Below are positions 20,150 to 30,821 of a stretch of 64,000 nucleotides of DNA, piece after piece. Origin of the DNA: Polyangiales bacterium (GTDB lineage: Bacteria > Myxococcota_A > Polyangia > Polyangiales > JADJQN01). The stretch spans positions 529,273-593,272 of the forward strand of contig CAXNJO010000004.1 in assembly GCA_964202905.1 (NCBI GenBank), read 5' to 3'. Every line of letters begins with the position of its first letter. Within the stretch, counting starts at the first letter, position 1. The notes under the pieces were generated by a model. The model made no database searches. It was not told the DNA's origin and saw only the letters and a program-made list of their open reading frames with translations. A program made the position numbers and the translations under genes.

Positions 20150-20203
20150 TGGTTCGGCAGATCCGGGGGCCACGGCCGGCCCCGCGGAGGAGCGGGGACC
20201 CAC

Positions 20204-21811
20204 GTGGCGAGTGAAGACGAGCTGAGAGCCGCGCGACAGGCGCACGCGGCGAGCACCGAGGCCGCGGGGACGCGGCCGTTTCCCAACGATTTTCGCGCCG
20301 ATCCGGCCACGGAGGCGCGGCGACTCGCGCTCGTGACGCTCGCGGAGGGGCCGCCCGAGGCGCGCGAGGCGCTCCCCGGCGAGGACGCCATCCCCGCCGA
20401 CGCGGAGCACGTTCCGCTCTACGGGCGCGTCATCGCGCGGCGCGGGCCGTTCGTCGTGTTCCAGACGCCCTACGGCAAGGCGCAGGCGCTCGTACGCCCC
20501 GAAGCGCTCCCCGACGACGACGCGCGCGTCTTCGCGGCGCTCGACCTCGCCGACCATGCGTACGTCTCCGGCCCGCTGCTCCGCACGCGCACGGGCGCAC
20601 TCGCGCTGCGCGCCGCGCGCTTCCGCCACCTCGGCAAGGCGATGCTCCCGCCGCCGGACAAGTGGCACGGGCTCACCGACATCGAGAAGCGCTACCGCGA
20701 GCGCTACGTCGACCTCTTCGCGAACCCCGACGTCGCCAGCGTCTTCCGCGCGCGCTCGCTGATCGTGCGCGAGATCCGCGCGTTCCTCGATGAGCGCGCC
20801 TTCCTCGAGGTCGAGACGCCGCTGCTGCACCCCTTGCGCGGCGGCGCGACGGCGCGCCCCTTCCACACGCACCACAACGCGCTCGACCTGCCGCTCTACC
20901 TGCGCATCGCGCCGGAGCTCTACTTGAAGCGCCTCCTCGTCGGTGGCTTCGACCGCGTCTACGAGCTCGGCCGCTGCTTCCGCAACGAGGGCGTGAGCGC
21001 GCGCCACAACCCCGAGTTCACGATGCTCGAGGCCTACCTCGCGTGGGCCACCGTCGACGACTGGCTCGATCTGCTCGAGGCGATGCTGAAGCACGTCGAT
21101 GCGCGCGTGCGCGAGATGTTTCCGCAGCTCGCGGGTGAGCGCGCCTTCTCCTTCGACGAGCCGTGGAAGCGCGTCCGCATGCGCGACGCGCTCGTCGAGC
21201 GCGCGGCGCACCCGGGCAGCGCGGACCTGCCCGTGTCGCCGTTCGCGGGGCACCTCACGCGCGAGGTCGTCGACGACGAGGCCCGCCTCCGCGCCGCGTG
21301 CGAGGCCGTCGAGCCCGCCCTCGACGAGCACGCCCGCAAGCTGCTCCGCAAGGCCGGCACGCACGGCGACCGCCTCTTCCTGCTCTACGAGCTCGTCGTC
21401 GAGCCGGACCTCACGATGCTCTACCGGACGCGCGACGGCGCGCGCTCCTTGCCCGTCTTCATCACCGACTACCCGTTCGAGGTCTCGCCGCTCGCGCGGC
21501 GCAGCGACGCCGACCCGGCCTTCACGGATCGCTTCGAGCTCTTCGTCGATGGACGCGAGATCGCGAATGCATTCAGTGAGTTGAACGACCCCGACGATCA
21601 GTCCGACCGCTTCCGCCGCCAGCTCGACAACCGCGCGAGCGGCGACGAAGAGGCGATGGACTACGACGCCGACTACATCCGCGCGCTCTCGCACGGGATG
21701 CCCCCCGCGGCGGGCATGGGGCTCGGCGTCGACCGCCTGACGATGCTGCTCTGCGGTCAGGCGTCGATCCGCGACGTGCTGCTCTTCCCGCTCCTGCGCG
21801 GGCCGGCGTGA
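20204..21811 (+). CDS. lysS: Lysine--tRNA ligase (class II)
   Basis: Motifs [54 protein letters not shown] and [15 protein letters not shown]. Confidence 0.95.
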   Translation: MASEDELRAARQAHAASTEAAGTRPFPNDFRADPATEARRLALVTLAEGPPEAREALPGEDAIPADAEHVPLYGRVIARRGPFVVFQTPYGKAQALVRPEALPDDDARVFAALDLADHAYVSGPLLRTRTGALALRAARFRHLGKAMLPPPDKWHGLTDIEKRYRERYVDLFANPDVASVFRARSLIVREIRAFLDERAFLEVETPLLHPLRGGATARPFHTHHNALDLPLYLRIAPELYLKRLLVGGFDRVYELGRCFRNEGVSARHNPEFTMLEAYLAWATVDDWLDLLEAMLKHVDARVREMFPQLAGERAFSFDEPWKRVRMRDALVERAAHPGSADLPVSPFAGHLTREVVDDEARLRAACEAVEPALDEHARKLLRKAGTHGDRLFLLYELVVEPDLTMLYRTRDGARSLPVFITDYPFEVSPLARRSDADPAFTDRFELFVDGREIANAFSELNDPDDQSDRFRRQLDNRASGDEEAMDYDADYIRALSHGMPPAAGMGLGVDRLTMLLCGQASIRDVLLFPLLRGPA

Positions 21812-21812
21812 C

Positions 21813-24062
21813 GTGAGCCGCGCGCTCCGGGCCGGGCCCGTCACGGTCGCCTATGCGCTCTGGGTGCCCTTCTACCTGGTGGTCCTCGTCGGGGCCGCGG
21901 CCCTGCCCCTCGCCACGCTCGCGCGCGCGCCGTTGCAAGGGTCGGACGCCCTCGCGCCGCTCACGCCGCTCTACGCGTGGGGGCTGCCCGCGGTGCTCGC
22001 CGCGCAGTGCGGACTCGCGATCGCCGCGGCCATCGACCTGCGCCGCCTCGGCCGCGGCACGCGCGGTCGCGGACGCCTCCGCGTGCTCGCGTGGGCGGGG
22101 ATCGTTCAGCCGCTGGTGCTCGCGGCGCACGCCGTGCTGCTCCGCGAGGGGCGCGCGGACGCGCTGCTCGCGCACGGCGCCGGGGTCCGCGCCCTCACGG
22201 AGGTGCACCTCGAATTGACGCCGCCGCTCGGCGCGATCTACCTCGCGGTGTTCGCCGTCGCGGTCGCGCACCTGATCGCGCTGCTCGGCGCGTCGCTCGC
22301 CTCGTGGTTCCTCGTGCCGGCGCGCACGCGGGCGACGGCGTGGGTCGTCGCCGACACCGCGATCGCCATCGCGTTCGTGCTCGCGACGCTCGCGTACCCG
22401 CTCCGCCCGAGCGCGCTCGCGCCCGACCTCGTCCAGCCCGCGACGCGACTCGGGCTGACGACGCTCTTCGCGATCCGCGCGATCACGCGGCTGCTCGCGC
22501 CGCTGCTCGACGTCGTCGAGCGCACGGGCTTCAACGCGCTCATCGCCGCGCGCATGCTCCGCGCGGGCAAGAGCGGCTTCCTCACGGCGATCGGCACGCT
22601 GTCGATCCTCGCGGTGACGGTCTCCTCCTGCGCGCTCACCACGACGCTGAGCGTGATGGGCGGCTTTCGTCAGGACTTGAAGCGCAAGATCCTCGGCAAC
22701 AGCGCACACGTCGTGATCGACCGCGAGCACGGCACGTTCGAGGGCTGGGGGCCGGTGCTCGAGCGCGCCCGCGCGGGCGGCGACGTGATCGGCGCCTCCC
22801 CGTACGTGAGCGGCGAGGTCATGGTCTCGAGCGCGTCGAACCTCTCGGGTGCCGTGCTCCGGGGGATCGATCCCGACACCGTCTCCGAGGTCACCGACCT
22901 CGAGCGCAACCTCAAGCGCGGGCGGATGGCGTACCTGCGCCACCCCGAGCAGCTCGTCGACCTCCCGCCCGAGCAGATCGACGGCGCGCTCATCCCGCTC
23001 GAGCAGCCGCTCTTCGCGCAGCCCGACGCAGGCGCGCCTTCCCCGGACGACGCGCTCCACGGCGGAAGCGGGCCGCTCGGAGACCTCGACGCGATCCTCG
23101 CGGACGCCCGCGACGGAGGGGTGCCGACGGCCGCGCCGACGCGGCCTGCGACGGGTGACCCGCGCGACGACGCCCCGGCGGATCCGCGCGATGACGGCCT
23201 GCGCGGCGACGGTCTGCGGCTCGATGATTTCCTTCTCTCCGAGGACGAGGCGGGCAGGCGCAAGGAGGTGTTGCCCGGCATGGTCGTCGGGCAGGAGCTC
23301 GCGCGGACGCTGCGTCTCTTCGTGGGCGATGAGGTGAACGTCGTGTCCCCGCTCGGCGGGCTCGGCCCCTCGGGCCCGGTGCCGAAGTCCCGCGCGTTCC
23401 GCGTCGCGGGGATCTTCTACAGCGGCATGTACGAGTACGACATGAAGTACGTGTACGTGACGCTCCCCGTCGCGCAGGCTTTCCTCTCGACCGGCGACGC
23501 GATCAGCGGCGTCGAGATCAAGGTGCGCGACGTCGAGCGCGCACCCGACGCCGCCGTCGCCCTGCGGCGGACGCTCGGTCGCAGCGACCTGCGCGTGCGC
23601 GACTGGCAGGAGACGAACCGCAACCTCTTCGGCGCGCTCGCCCTCGAGAAACTCGCGATGTTCATCGCGCTCGGAATCGCGATCCTCGTCGCCGGTTTCT
23701 GCGTCTTCGGCACGCTCACCCTCATGGTGCAGGAGAAGGCGCGCGAGGTCGGCGTGCTGAAGGCGATGGGCACGACGCCCGGCGGGATCGTCGCCGCCTT
23801 CCTGCTCGAGGGCGTGCTCATCGGCCTCTTCGGCTCCGCCATCGGACTCGGCGCGGGCTACGTCGCCTGCTTCGCCGCCGAGCACTTCGGCGTCCGCATG
23901 AACCCCGAGGTCTATTACATCGACAAGCTGCCGGTCGCCGTCGATGGGTCGGAGTTCGGCCTCGTCTTCCTGGCATCGGTCGCCGTGTGCACCCTCGCGA
24001 CCGTCTTCCCCGCAGTGCTCGCGAGCCGCCTCCGCCCGGTCGACGCGCTGCGCTTCGACTGA
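21813..24062 (+). CDS. lolC: Lipoprotein-releasing ABC transporter permease LolC/E, with an extra N-terminal membrane domain
   Basis: Motifs [51 protein letters not shown] and PVDALR; lies directly before lolD. Confidence 0.88.
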   Translation: MSRALRAGPVTVAYALWVPFYLVVLVGAAALPLATLARAPLQGSDALAPLTPLYAWGLPAVLAAQCGLAIAAAIDLRRLGRGTRGRGRLRVLAWAGIVQPLVLAAHAVLLREGRADALLAHGAGVRALTEVHLELTPPLGAIYLAVFAVAVAHLIALLGASLASWFLVPARTRATAWVVADTAIAIAFVLATLAYPLRPSALAPDLVQPATRLGLTTLFAIRAITRLLAPLLDVVERTGFNALIAARMLRAGKSGFLTAIGTLSILAVTVSSCALTTTLSVMGGFRQDLKRKILGNSAHVVIDREHGTFEGWGPVLERARAGGDVIGASPYVSGEVMVSSASNLSGAVLRGIDPDTVSEVTDLERNLKRGRMAYLRHPEQLVDLPPEQIDGALIPLEQPLFAQPDAGAPSPDDALHGGSGPLGDLDAILADARDGGVPTAAPTRPATGDPRDDAPADPRDDGLRGDGLRLDDFLLSEDEAGRRKEVLPGMVVGQELARTLRLFVGDEVNVVSPLGGLGPSGPVPKSRAFRVAGIFYSGMYEYDMKYVYVTLPVAQAFLSTGDAISGVEIKVRDVERAPDAAVALRRTLGRSDLRVRDWQETNRNLFGALALEKLAMFIALGIAILVAGFCVFGTLTLMVQEKAREVGVLKAMGTTPGGIVAAFLLEGVLIGLFGSAIGLGAGYVACFAAEHFGVRMNPEVYYIDKLPVAVDGSEFGLVFLASVAVCTLATVFPAVLASRLRPVDALRFD

Positions 24063-24088
24063 TCCCCCGCGCCCCAGCAAGGACACCC

Positions 24089-24853
24089 GTGGCCAAGCCC
24101 CTCGTGACGGTCGAGAAGCTCGAGAAGAAGTTCCTCCACGAGGGGCGCGAGGTCGCCGTGCTGAACGGCCTCGACCTCCGCATCGACGAGGGCGAGATGC
24201 TCTGCGTGGTCGGGCAGTCGGGCGCCGGCAAGAGCACGCTGCTGCACCTGCTCGGCACGCTCGATCTGCCGAGCGCGGGGCGCATCGTCTACGACAGCGT
24301 CGACGTGACCAAGATGTCGAGCGCGCGGCTCGCGGAGTTCCGCAACGAGCGGCTCGGCTTCGTCTTCCAGTTCCACCACCTTCTGCCCGAGTTCACCGCC
24401 CTCGAGAACGCGATGATGCCGGGCCTCATCCGCGGACAGCGGCGGGCCGACGTCGCGAAGCGAGCCGAGGCGCTGCTCACCGAGGTCGGACTCGGGCACC
24501 GCCTCACGCACCGGCCCGGCGAGCTCTCGGGCGGAGAACAGCAGCGCGTCGCCCTCGCGCGCGCGCTCGTCATGAACCCGCGGCTCGTGCTCGCGGACGA
24601 GCCGACGGGCAACCTCGACAGCAAGACGAGCGAGGCCATCCACGCGCTTTTCTTCGAGTTGAACCGCACGCGCGGGATCACCTTCCTGATCGTCACGCAC
24701 TCGCGCGAGCTCGCCGACATGATGCCGCGCAAGGTCACGATGCGGGACGGCCTCATCGAGAAGGACGAGCAGCAGCCCGGCGCGGGCCCCCCCCGCCCAA
24801 CCGTCGAGGACGCTGCCCACCCTGGCCCCCCCGCGCCCGAGGGGGCCGCCTGA
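24089..24853 (+). CDS. lolD: Lipoprotein-releasing ABC transporter ATP-binding protein
   Basis: [30 protein letters not shown] and ADEPTGNLD motifs; GTG start at 24089. Confidence 0.92.
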   Translation: MAKPLVTVEKLEKKFLHEGREVAVLNGLDLRIDEGEMLCVVGQSGAGKSTLLHLLGTLDLPSAGRIVYDSVDVTKMSSARLAEFRNERLGFVFQFHHLLPEFTALENAMMPGLIRGQRRADVAKRAEALLTEVGLGHRLTHRPGELSGGEQQRVALARALVMNPRLVLADEPTGNLDSKTSEAIHALFFELNRTRGITFLIVTHSRELADMMPRKVTMRDGLIEKDEQQPGAGPPRPTVEDAAHPGPPAPEGAA

Positions 24854-24867
24854 CTCGGCGGGCGAGC

Positions 24868-24896
24868 TTGACCCCCCTCCCCCCCACGGCTACACC
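24868..24896 (+). promoter_or_regulatory. Putative sigma70 promoter of bamA
   Basis: TTGACC-N17-TACACC. Confidence 0.4.
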
Positions 24897-24906
24897 CGGC
24901 CCGCTC

Positions 24907-27495
24907 GTGCGGACCTGCACCCACGCCACGCTCCTCGCCGCTGCGCTGGCGCTCTGTGTCGGGGCGCCCGTGCGCGCCCGCGCGCAGGACGCAGGCGTGC
25001 CCGCGGGCACAGAGACACCGACCCAGCCCGGGGCCGACGACGACGGCGACGAAGACGAAGCCGCGGGCGTCGAGGACGAGGAGGCCGGCGACGCGTACGT
25101 CGAGGGCGAGCCGCGCATCGCCGTCCCCGAGACGCTCTGCGAAGGCCGCATGATCCGTCGCCTGCGGGTCGCGGGGACCCAGCGCGTCGCGGAGGACGAC
25201 GTGCTCGGCACGCTCCGCCTGCGACGCGGTGTTCCCTGCACGGACGCCGAGGTCACGCGGGATGCGCGCGCTCTCTGGGATCTCGGCTACTTCGACGACA
25301 TCGTGTTCGAGGCCGTGCCCGCGGGCACCTCCATCGACCTCGTGGTCACCGTGCACGAGCGCCCGGCGATCGGACGCGTCCGCTACGAGGGCAACGACGC
25401 CATCGGGAACTCGGATCTCGAGGAGAAGGTCACCCTCCGCGAGGGGTCGATCCTCTCGGTGCCCGACGTGCGTGAGAACGTCACGAAGATCCGCGATTTG
25501 TACGCGGAAAAGGGCTATTTTCTCGCCCGCGTCGACTTCCGCCTGCGCACGCTCCCGTCGAACGAGGTCGAGGTCGTCTTCGACATCCGCGAGGGCGCGC
25601 AGGTCACCGTGCGCAACGTCCGCTTCGTGGGCAATCGCGCGATCCCCGACTCCGAAATCAGCGCCGTCATGCAGACGAGCGAGACGGGGTTCTTCTCGTT
25701 CATCTCGTCGTCGAACACCTTCCGCAAGGAGTTCTTCGAGGAGGACATCAACCGCCTTCAGGCGCTCTACTACGACCGAGGCTTCCTCAACGTCCAGGTC
25801 GGCACGCCGCGCATCGAGCTGACGCCCGATCGCGAGCACATCGATCTCACGATCCCGATCGAGGAGGGCCCCCGCTTCCGCGTCGGGCGCGTGCGCATCG
25901 TCGAGCTCGACGCGGACGGCGCGGAGGTCGAGCCGCTCGGCGGGCGTCGGCAGCTCCGCGAACAGATCAGCATTCAGTCCGGCGACTGGTTCAGCCGCAC
26001 GACGATCGCGCGCGATCTGCTCGCCGTCACGCGCAGCTACCGCGACCGCGGCTACGCCAAGGTGGAGATCCAGCCGCAGACGGATCTCGACATGGCACGC
26101 AAGACCGTCGCCGTCGTCATCCAGATCCAGCGCGGCCCCCTCGTCCGCATCGACCGCATCCAGGTGCGAGGCAACGCGAAGACGCGCGACCTCGTCATCC
26201 GCCGCGAGGTCGTCATCGTCGAGGGCGACCTCTACAACCAGACCCTCGTCGAGACCTCCAAGGCCCGCATCCAGGCGCTCGGGTTCTTCGAGTCGGTCGA
26301 GGTGAGCGAGGAAGAGGGCGCGACCCCCGACTCGGTCGTGCTGAACTTCGAGGTCGCCGAGAAGGCCACGGGCACCTTCCAGGTGGGCGCCGGCTTCTCG
26401 TCGATCGAGTCGTTCATCTTCACGGCGCAGGTCCAGCAGAACAACCTCTTCGGACTCGGGCAGTCGCTCACTCTGCAGCTGCAACTCTCGGGCATCCGCC
26501 AGCTCGTGCAGGTGCGCCTCGTCGAGCCGTACCTCTGGGGAACGCAGTGGAGCGCCGCCGTCGAGGCCTTCCGCACGATCCGCCAGTTCCAGAGTTTCAA
26601 CCGCGACTCGACGGGCGGCTCGCTCACCCTCGGTCATGCCGTCTTCACGGACTACCTCCGCCTCTTCGTCCAGTACACCGCGGAGTACGTCGACATCAGC
26701 GAGCGCACGGGCGGCGGACTCGGCACCGGCAACCAGAACATCAACGCCGGTCTGCGTCTCCCGATCGCGAACCTCTTCCGCTCCGGTCTCACCAGCTCGG
26801 TGCGCCTCTCCCTGTCGTGGGACTCGCGCGACAACCGCCTGTTCCCGACCCGCGGCATCTTCGCGTCGCTCTCGAGCGAGCTCGCGGACTCCGTGCTCGG
26901 CTCGCAGAACACGTTCCTACGGCATCGCCTCTTCTTCCGCTGGTACTACCCGTTGTTCGGCGGCGTGGTGCTGAAGATGAACACCGAGGCTGGCCTCATC
27001 ACCTCGCGCCAGCCCGCCGGCGTGCCCGTGTTCGAGCGCTTCTTCCTCGGCGGCATCCTCGATGTGCGCGGCTTTCCGCTGCGCACGCTCGGTCCGCGCA
27101 CGGGGCTGCCGCTCGCCGTCGACCCGAACGCGGCCGGCACGACGTACGGCGAGCCGTTCGGCGGCAACGTCCAGTTCTTCTACAACCTCGAACTCGAGTT
27201 CCCGATCCTCGAGTCGGTCGGCGTGCGCGGCGTGCTCTTCACCGACGCCGGCAACGCCTGGAACCTCGAGCAGAACCTCTGTCAGGCCCCGTCCGCGACG
27301 TTCCGCGACGAGCAGGCCGACCCGTGCAGCTTCGACCCGCTCGGGCTGCGCTTCAGCGCCGGCTTCGGGATCCGCTGGTTCTCGCCGCTCGGGCCGCTGC
27401 GCTTCGAGTGGGGCATGCCGATGTCGCCGCGCGTGCCCTTCGAGGCGGGGAGCTTCCCCGGACGCTTCGAGTTCACGATCGGCAACTTCTTCTGA
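24907..27495 (+). CDS. bamA: Outer membrane protein assembly factor BamA
   Basis: Signal peptide, five POTRA-like repeats (LWDLGYF, YAEKGY, YYDRGF, YRDRGY, GNAKTRDLVIRRE), VRGF motif, WFSPLGPLRF and a C-terminal Phe. Confidence 0.95.
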   Translation: MRTCTHATLLAAALALCVGAPVRARAQDAGVPAGTETPTQPGADDDGDEDEAAGVEDEEAGDAYVEGEPRIAVPETLCEGRMIRRLRVAGTQRVAEDDVLGTLRLRRGVPCTDAEVTRDARALWDLGYFDDIVFEAVPAGTSIDLVVTVHERPAIGRVRYEGNDAIGNSDLEEKVTLREGSILSVPDVRENVTKIRDLYAEKGYFLARVDFRLRTLPSNEVEVVFDIREGAQVTVRNVRFVGNRAIPDSEISAVMQTSETGFFSFISSSNTFRKEFFEEDINRLQALYYDRGFLNVQVGTPRIELTPDREHIDLTIPIEEGPRFRVGRVRIVELDADGAEVEPLGGRRQLREQISIQSGDWFSRTTIARDLLAVTRSYRDRGYAKVEIQPQTDLDMARKTVAVVIQIQRGPLVRIDRIQVRGNAKTRDLVIRREVVIVEGDLYNQTLVETSKARIQALGFFESVEVSEEEGATPDSVVLNFEVAEKATGTFQVGAGFSSIESFIFTAQVQQNNLFGLGQSLTLQLQLSGIRQLVQVRLVEPYLWGTQWSAAVEAFRTIRQFQSFNRDSTGGSLTLGHAVFTDYLRLFVQYTAEYVDISERTGGGLGTGNQNINAGLRLPIANLFRSGLTSSVRLSLSWDSRDNRLFPTRGIFASLSSELADSVLGSQNTFLRHRLFFRWYYPLFGGVVLKMNTEAGLITSRQPAGVPVFERFFLGGILDVRGFPLRTLGPRTGLPLAVDPNAAGTTYGEPFGGNVQFFYNLELEFPILESVGVRGVLFTDAGNAWNLEQNLCQAPSATFRDEQADPCSFDPLGLRFSAGFGIRWFSPLGPLRFEWGMPMSPRVPFEAGSFPGRFEFTIGNFF

Positions 27496-27550
27496 CGGTC
27501 CGGCGCTGAATGTCCACGCGATGCGTGACGTCCGTGCCAGCAGCCTGCGC

Positions 27551-27579
27551 TTGACGCCTCCCCGCCGCGCGTGTAGCAA
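27551..27579 (+). promoter_or_regulatory. Putative promoter of skp
   Basis: TTGACG-N17-TAGCAA. Confidence 0.4.
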
Positions 27580-27612
27580 CGCGCGTCCCGCCTCCGAAAG
27601 GTCCGCGCTCCG

Positions 27613-28218
27613 ATGAAGCTCTCCCGCCACGTCATCACGCTCGTCGCCGCCCTCCTCGTCGCCACGATGGCGCCGAAGCTGCACGCGCAGGTCCGCGTCG
27701 CGGTCGTCGATTTGCAGCGCGCCCTCAACGAGACGGAGGACGGACGCCGCGCCAAGACGCAGCTCAAGCGTCTCTTCAAGTCGCGCCAGAAGGCGCTCGA
27801 CGACAAGCAGAACGAGCTGAAGAAGATGAAGGAGGACATCGAGAAGCAGAAGAACGTGCTCTCGCAGCCCGCCCTCCAGAAGAAACTCGAGCAGTACCAG
27901 CAGGCCTTCGTGGAGCTGCAGACCGTCTACGTCGATTACCAGCGTGAGCTGGCCTCGAAGGAGGCCGAGCTGACGAAGGTCATCATCCAGCGCATGGAGT
28001 CGATCCTGCGCCGCCTCGGCCAGGCCGAGGGCTACTCGCTCATCCTCGAACGCGGCGAGGCCGGCGTGATGTGGGTGCCCACCAACCTCGACGTCACCGA
28101 CTCCGTCATCCAGCGCTACAACGCCGGCGAGGGCCGCGAGGGCGAGGCCGGTGGCGGTGGCGGTGGCGGCGGCGCAGCGACCGGCGGGACCAAGCGCCCC
28201 CCGACGAAGCGCCGCTGA
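27613..28218 (+). CDS. skp: OmpH/Skp periplasmic chaperone
   Basis: Signal peptide, VAVVDLQRAL, coiled-coil middle and GYSLILE...DVTDSVI; follows bamA. Confidence 0.9.
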   Translation: MKLSRHVITLVAALLVATMAPKLHAQVRVAVVDLQRALNETEDGRRAKTQLKRLFKSRQKALDDKQNELKKMKEDIEKQKNVLSQPALQKKLEQYQQAFVELQTVYVDYQRELASKEAELTKVIIQRMESILRRLGQAEGYSLILERGEAGVMWVPTNLDVTDSVIQRYNAGEGREGEAGGGGGGGGAATGGTKRPPTKRR

Positions 28219-28246
28219 GCGGTCGGGCCCGGAGGAGGAAACGCGC

Positions 28247-28453
28247 GTGTCCGAACAACGCGATCACGCGCGCTACCTCACCTATCGGGAGACGCATCCG
28301 TACTTCCGCCGCGCCGATCTGCCGCTGCTCGGGTGGGAGCCCTGGCGCGCACTCGACGCGGAATACAAGGCTCTCGTCGCGCTCGCGAAAGAGACGACCA
28401 CCGAGCAGCGCGCGCGTCTGAAGGCCGTGCGCGCGCTCTTGTTGCGCGACTGA
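28247..28453 (+). CDS. Small hypothetical protein (68 aa)
   Basis: Strong SD GGAGGAGG at 28231-28238, GTG start and coding-like composition. Confidence 0.6.
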   Translation: MSEQRDHARYLTYRETHPYFRRADLPLLGWEPWRALDAEYKALVALAKETTTEQRARLKAVRALLLRD

Positions 28454-28541
28454 GCGAGGCGCGGGAGCGACCGGCCGCCGTGCCGTGGGAGGCGTACGCA
28501 GGCGGCTGCTGCCGGGCGGCGCTTGCGCTACAACGCGCGCT

Positions 28542-29981
28542 GTGCGCCGCCCCCTCGCCGCTCTGATCGTCGCGTCCACGCTCGTCTCGGCCACCGCGGT
28601 CGCGGTCGCAGACGAGGGGCCCGACGCCGAGGCCGCGGGCGTGACCGACGGTGCCACGGACGCCGTCAGCCCGCGCCTGAACCTCGCGACCCTCCTCGCG
28701 CGCGCTGAGCAGCGCTGGCCGGGCGTCTCGGCGGCGCAGCACAAGATCGCAGCCGCGGAGGCGCGCCTCGAGGAGGCGTGGGTCTCCCCGTTCTTCCAAC
28801 TCAACGCGACCGGGACGTTCGCGATGACGCCCGGCGCGCGTGGAACGCCCGTGTTCTCGCCGGACTCGCAGCTCCCGCTCGACAACCCGTGGGGGCCTTC
28901 GCTCGGCGTGCGCGTCGAGGGCGCGATCCCCCTCTACACGTTCGGCAAGCTGGGCGCCGCGCGTGACGCGGCCCGCGCCGGGATCCGCGCCGCCGAGGAA
29001 GAGCGCGAGAAGACCCGCGCGCAGCTCCGGCTCGACGTGCGGCGCGCCTACTTCGCGCTCGGCCTCGCGCTCGACGCGCAGCAGATGATGGGCGAGGGAC
29101 GCAGCAAGCTCGACCGCGCGGTGCGGCGTCTCGACGAACGGATCGCGGCCGACGACCCGGACGTGAACGAGATGGACCGCTGGCGCCTCGCCGCGACGCT
29201 CGCGGAGATCGAGGGCCGCGCGTCGGAGGCGGAGCGCCTCGGCCGTGTCTCGCGCGAGGCCCTCGAGGTGCTGAGCGGCGAGGAGGGCTTCGACGTGCCC
29301 GACTGCGCGATGGCGCCGGTCGAGATCCCGGCGCGTCCGCTCTCTTGGTACCAGCAGGCCGCGCGGCTCCATCGCCCCGAACTCGGCCTGCTGCACGCCG
29401 GCCTCGCCGCCCGTGACGCCGCCGCGACGGCCGCGCGCGCGCAGTACTTCCCCGATCTCGCGCTCGCGCTCTCGGCGGGCCTGACCTGGACACCGGGGAT
29501 CACGAACCAGAGCAACCCCTTCATCCCCGACCCGGCCAACGCGCCCTCGCTCGGCGCGGGGCTCGTCGCGCGCTGGTCCCTCGATCTCTACGGGACGAGC
29601 CGCCGCGTCGCGCGGGCCGAGCAGGAGCGGCTCGAGGTGCACGATCGCCTCGACGAGGCGGGCGCCGGCGTGGACATCGAGGTCGCGAACGTCTTCGAGG
29701 AGCTCGCCGACGCGCGGCGGCGCGAGGCGGCCTGGGGACGCGGACACCGCGAGACGCGCGCGTGGTTCGTGGCCGCGGCGCAGGCCTATCAGGTCGGGAC
29801 GATCGAGCCGCGCGACCTCGTCGATGCCGTGCGCGCCTATTTCAGCGCGCGCTTCGCGCACGGGCAGGCGATCCACGACGTGAACGTCGCGAGCGCGAAG
29901 CTCGAGCGCGCGGTCGGCGTGGCGCTGCTCGCAGCCGAGGCGTGGGAGCCGGCGTGCCCCGCCGCGGACGGCGCGCCGTGA
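28542..29981 (+). CDS. TolC-family outer membrane protein
   Basis: Signal peptide and two OEP-like repeats (IPLYTFGK, LDVRRAYF, AQYFPDL, AKLERAVG). Confidence 0.85.
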   Translation: MRRPLAALIVASTLVSATAVAVADEGPDAEAAGVTDGATDAVSPRLNLATLLARAEQRWPGVSAAQHKIAAAEARLEEAWVSPFFQLNATGTFAMTPGARGTPVFSPDSQLPLDNPWGPSLGVRVEGAIPLYTFGKLGAARDAARAGIRAAEEEREKTRAQLRLDVRRAYFALGLALDAQQMMGEGRSKLDRAVRRLDERIAADDPDVNEMDRWRLAATLAEIEGRASEAERLGRVSREALEVLSGEEGFDVPDCAMAPVEIPARPLSWYQQAARLHRPELGLLHAGLAARDAAATAARAQYFPDLALALSAGLTWTPGITNQSNPFIPDPANAPSLGAGLVARWSLDLYGTSRRVARAEQERLEVHDRLDEAGAGVDIEVANVFEELADARRREAAWGRGHRETRAWFVAAAQAYQVGTIEPRDLVDAVRAYFSARFAHGQAIHDVNVASAKLERAVGVALLAAEAWEPACPAADGAP

Positions 29982-30042
29982 CGCCCGGTGAATGGCGGGC
30001 CGCGCGGCCACGTCCGAGCCGCCGAAGTCCAGGAGTCCCTCG

Positions 30043-30669
30043 ATGCGCCACCTCTTCGCCTTGACCCTCGGCCTCGCGCTTTCCCTCTCGCTCGCGACGA
30101 CGCACACCGCGCGCGCGCAGGAGCCCGCCTCCGCGGAGACCTTCCTCCGCGGTCGCCACGACGCCGTGCAGCAGCTCATGCGCCGCCCAGCGCGCGGCGA
30201 CGCCGCAACCGCGCAGCGCAGGGCGCAACTCACCGAGGCCCTCGGTGCCTTGCTCGACTACGCCGAGCTCTCGCGGCGCGCCCTCGGCGAGCACGAGGCG
30301 CGCGCGACCGCGGCCCAGCGCGCAGAGTTCGGCGGTCTCCTCCGGCAGCTCGTCGAGCGCAGCTACCAGAAGAACCTCGAGAGCACGATCAGCTACGAGA
30401 TCCGCTACGTGGGCACGAGCGCGGCTGGCCCCGTGGTCACCGTCCGCACGATGGCGAAATCGCGCACGAACGGGCGGGAGCCCGAGGTCAGCATCGACTA
30501 CTCGCTGCACCAGGTCGCGGGCGCGTGGCGCGTCTTCGACGTCGCGACGGACGGCGTCAGCCTCGTGCGCAACTACCGCTCCCAGTTCCACCGCCTCGTC
30601 ACGCGCGACGGCTTCGACGCACTGCTCGCGAAGATGCGCGAGCGCCTCGCCCACGAGGGCGACCTCTGA
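30043..30669 (+). CDS. mlaC: MlaC/Ttg2D-family periplasmic lipid-binding protein
   Basis: Motifs LDYAELSRRALG, QRAEF and WRVFDVATDGVSLVRNYRSQF...GFDALL. Confidence 0.85.
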   Translation: MRHLFALTLGLALSLSLATTHTARAQEPASAETFLRGRHDAVQQLMRRPARGDAATAQRRAQLTEALGALLDYAELSRRALGEHEARATAAQRAEFGGLLRQLVERSYQKNLESTISYEIRYVGTSAAGPVVTVRTMAKSRTNGREPEVSIDYSLHQVAGAWRVFDVATDGVSLVRNYRSQFHRLVTRDGFDALLAKMRERLAHEGDL

Positions 30670-30821
30670 GCGCACGCCGCGCTGCGCCTTCTCAGCCGGT
30701 TCGAATCGTCTGGACCGTCACCGCGAGACCATCTCCGCAGATGGCATCGCCTCCGGGAGCGTCCGGCACTTTCCGTGCGCCGCGGCTGCCCGCAGCGCGC
30801 TCGCCTCGCGGCGTGGACAAG

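Noticed and set aside
28151..28175. GGT/GGC trinucleotide run at the end of skp
   Set aside because: It is an in-frame poly-Gly tail, ordinary low complexity.
30690..30712. tRNA-like words CTCAGCCGGTTCGAATC between mlaC and the Crp/Fnr gene
   Set aside because: The D-loop-like and T-loop-like words overlap, and no cloverleaf or acceptor stem can be built.
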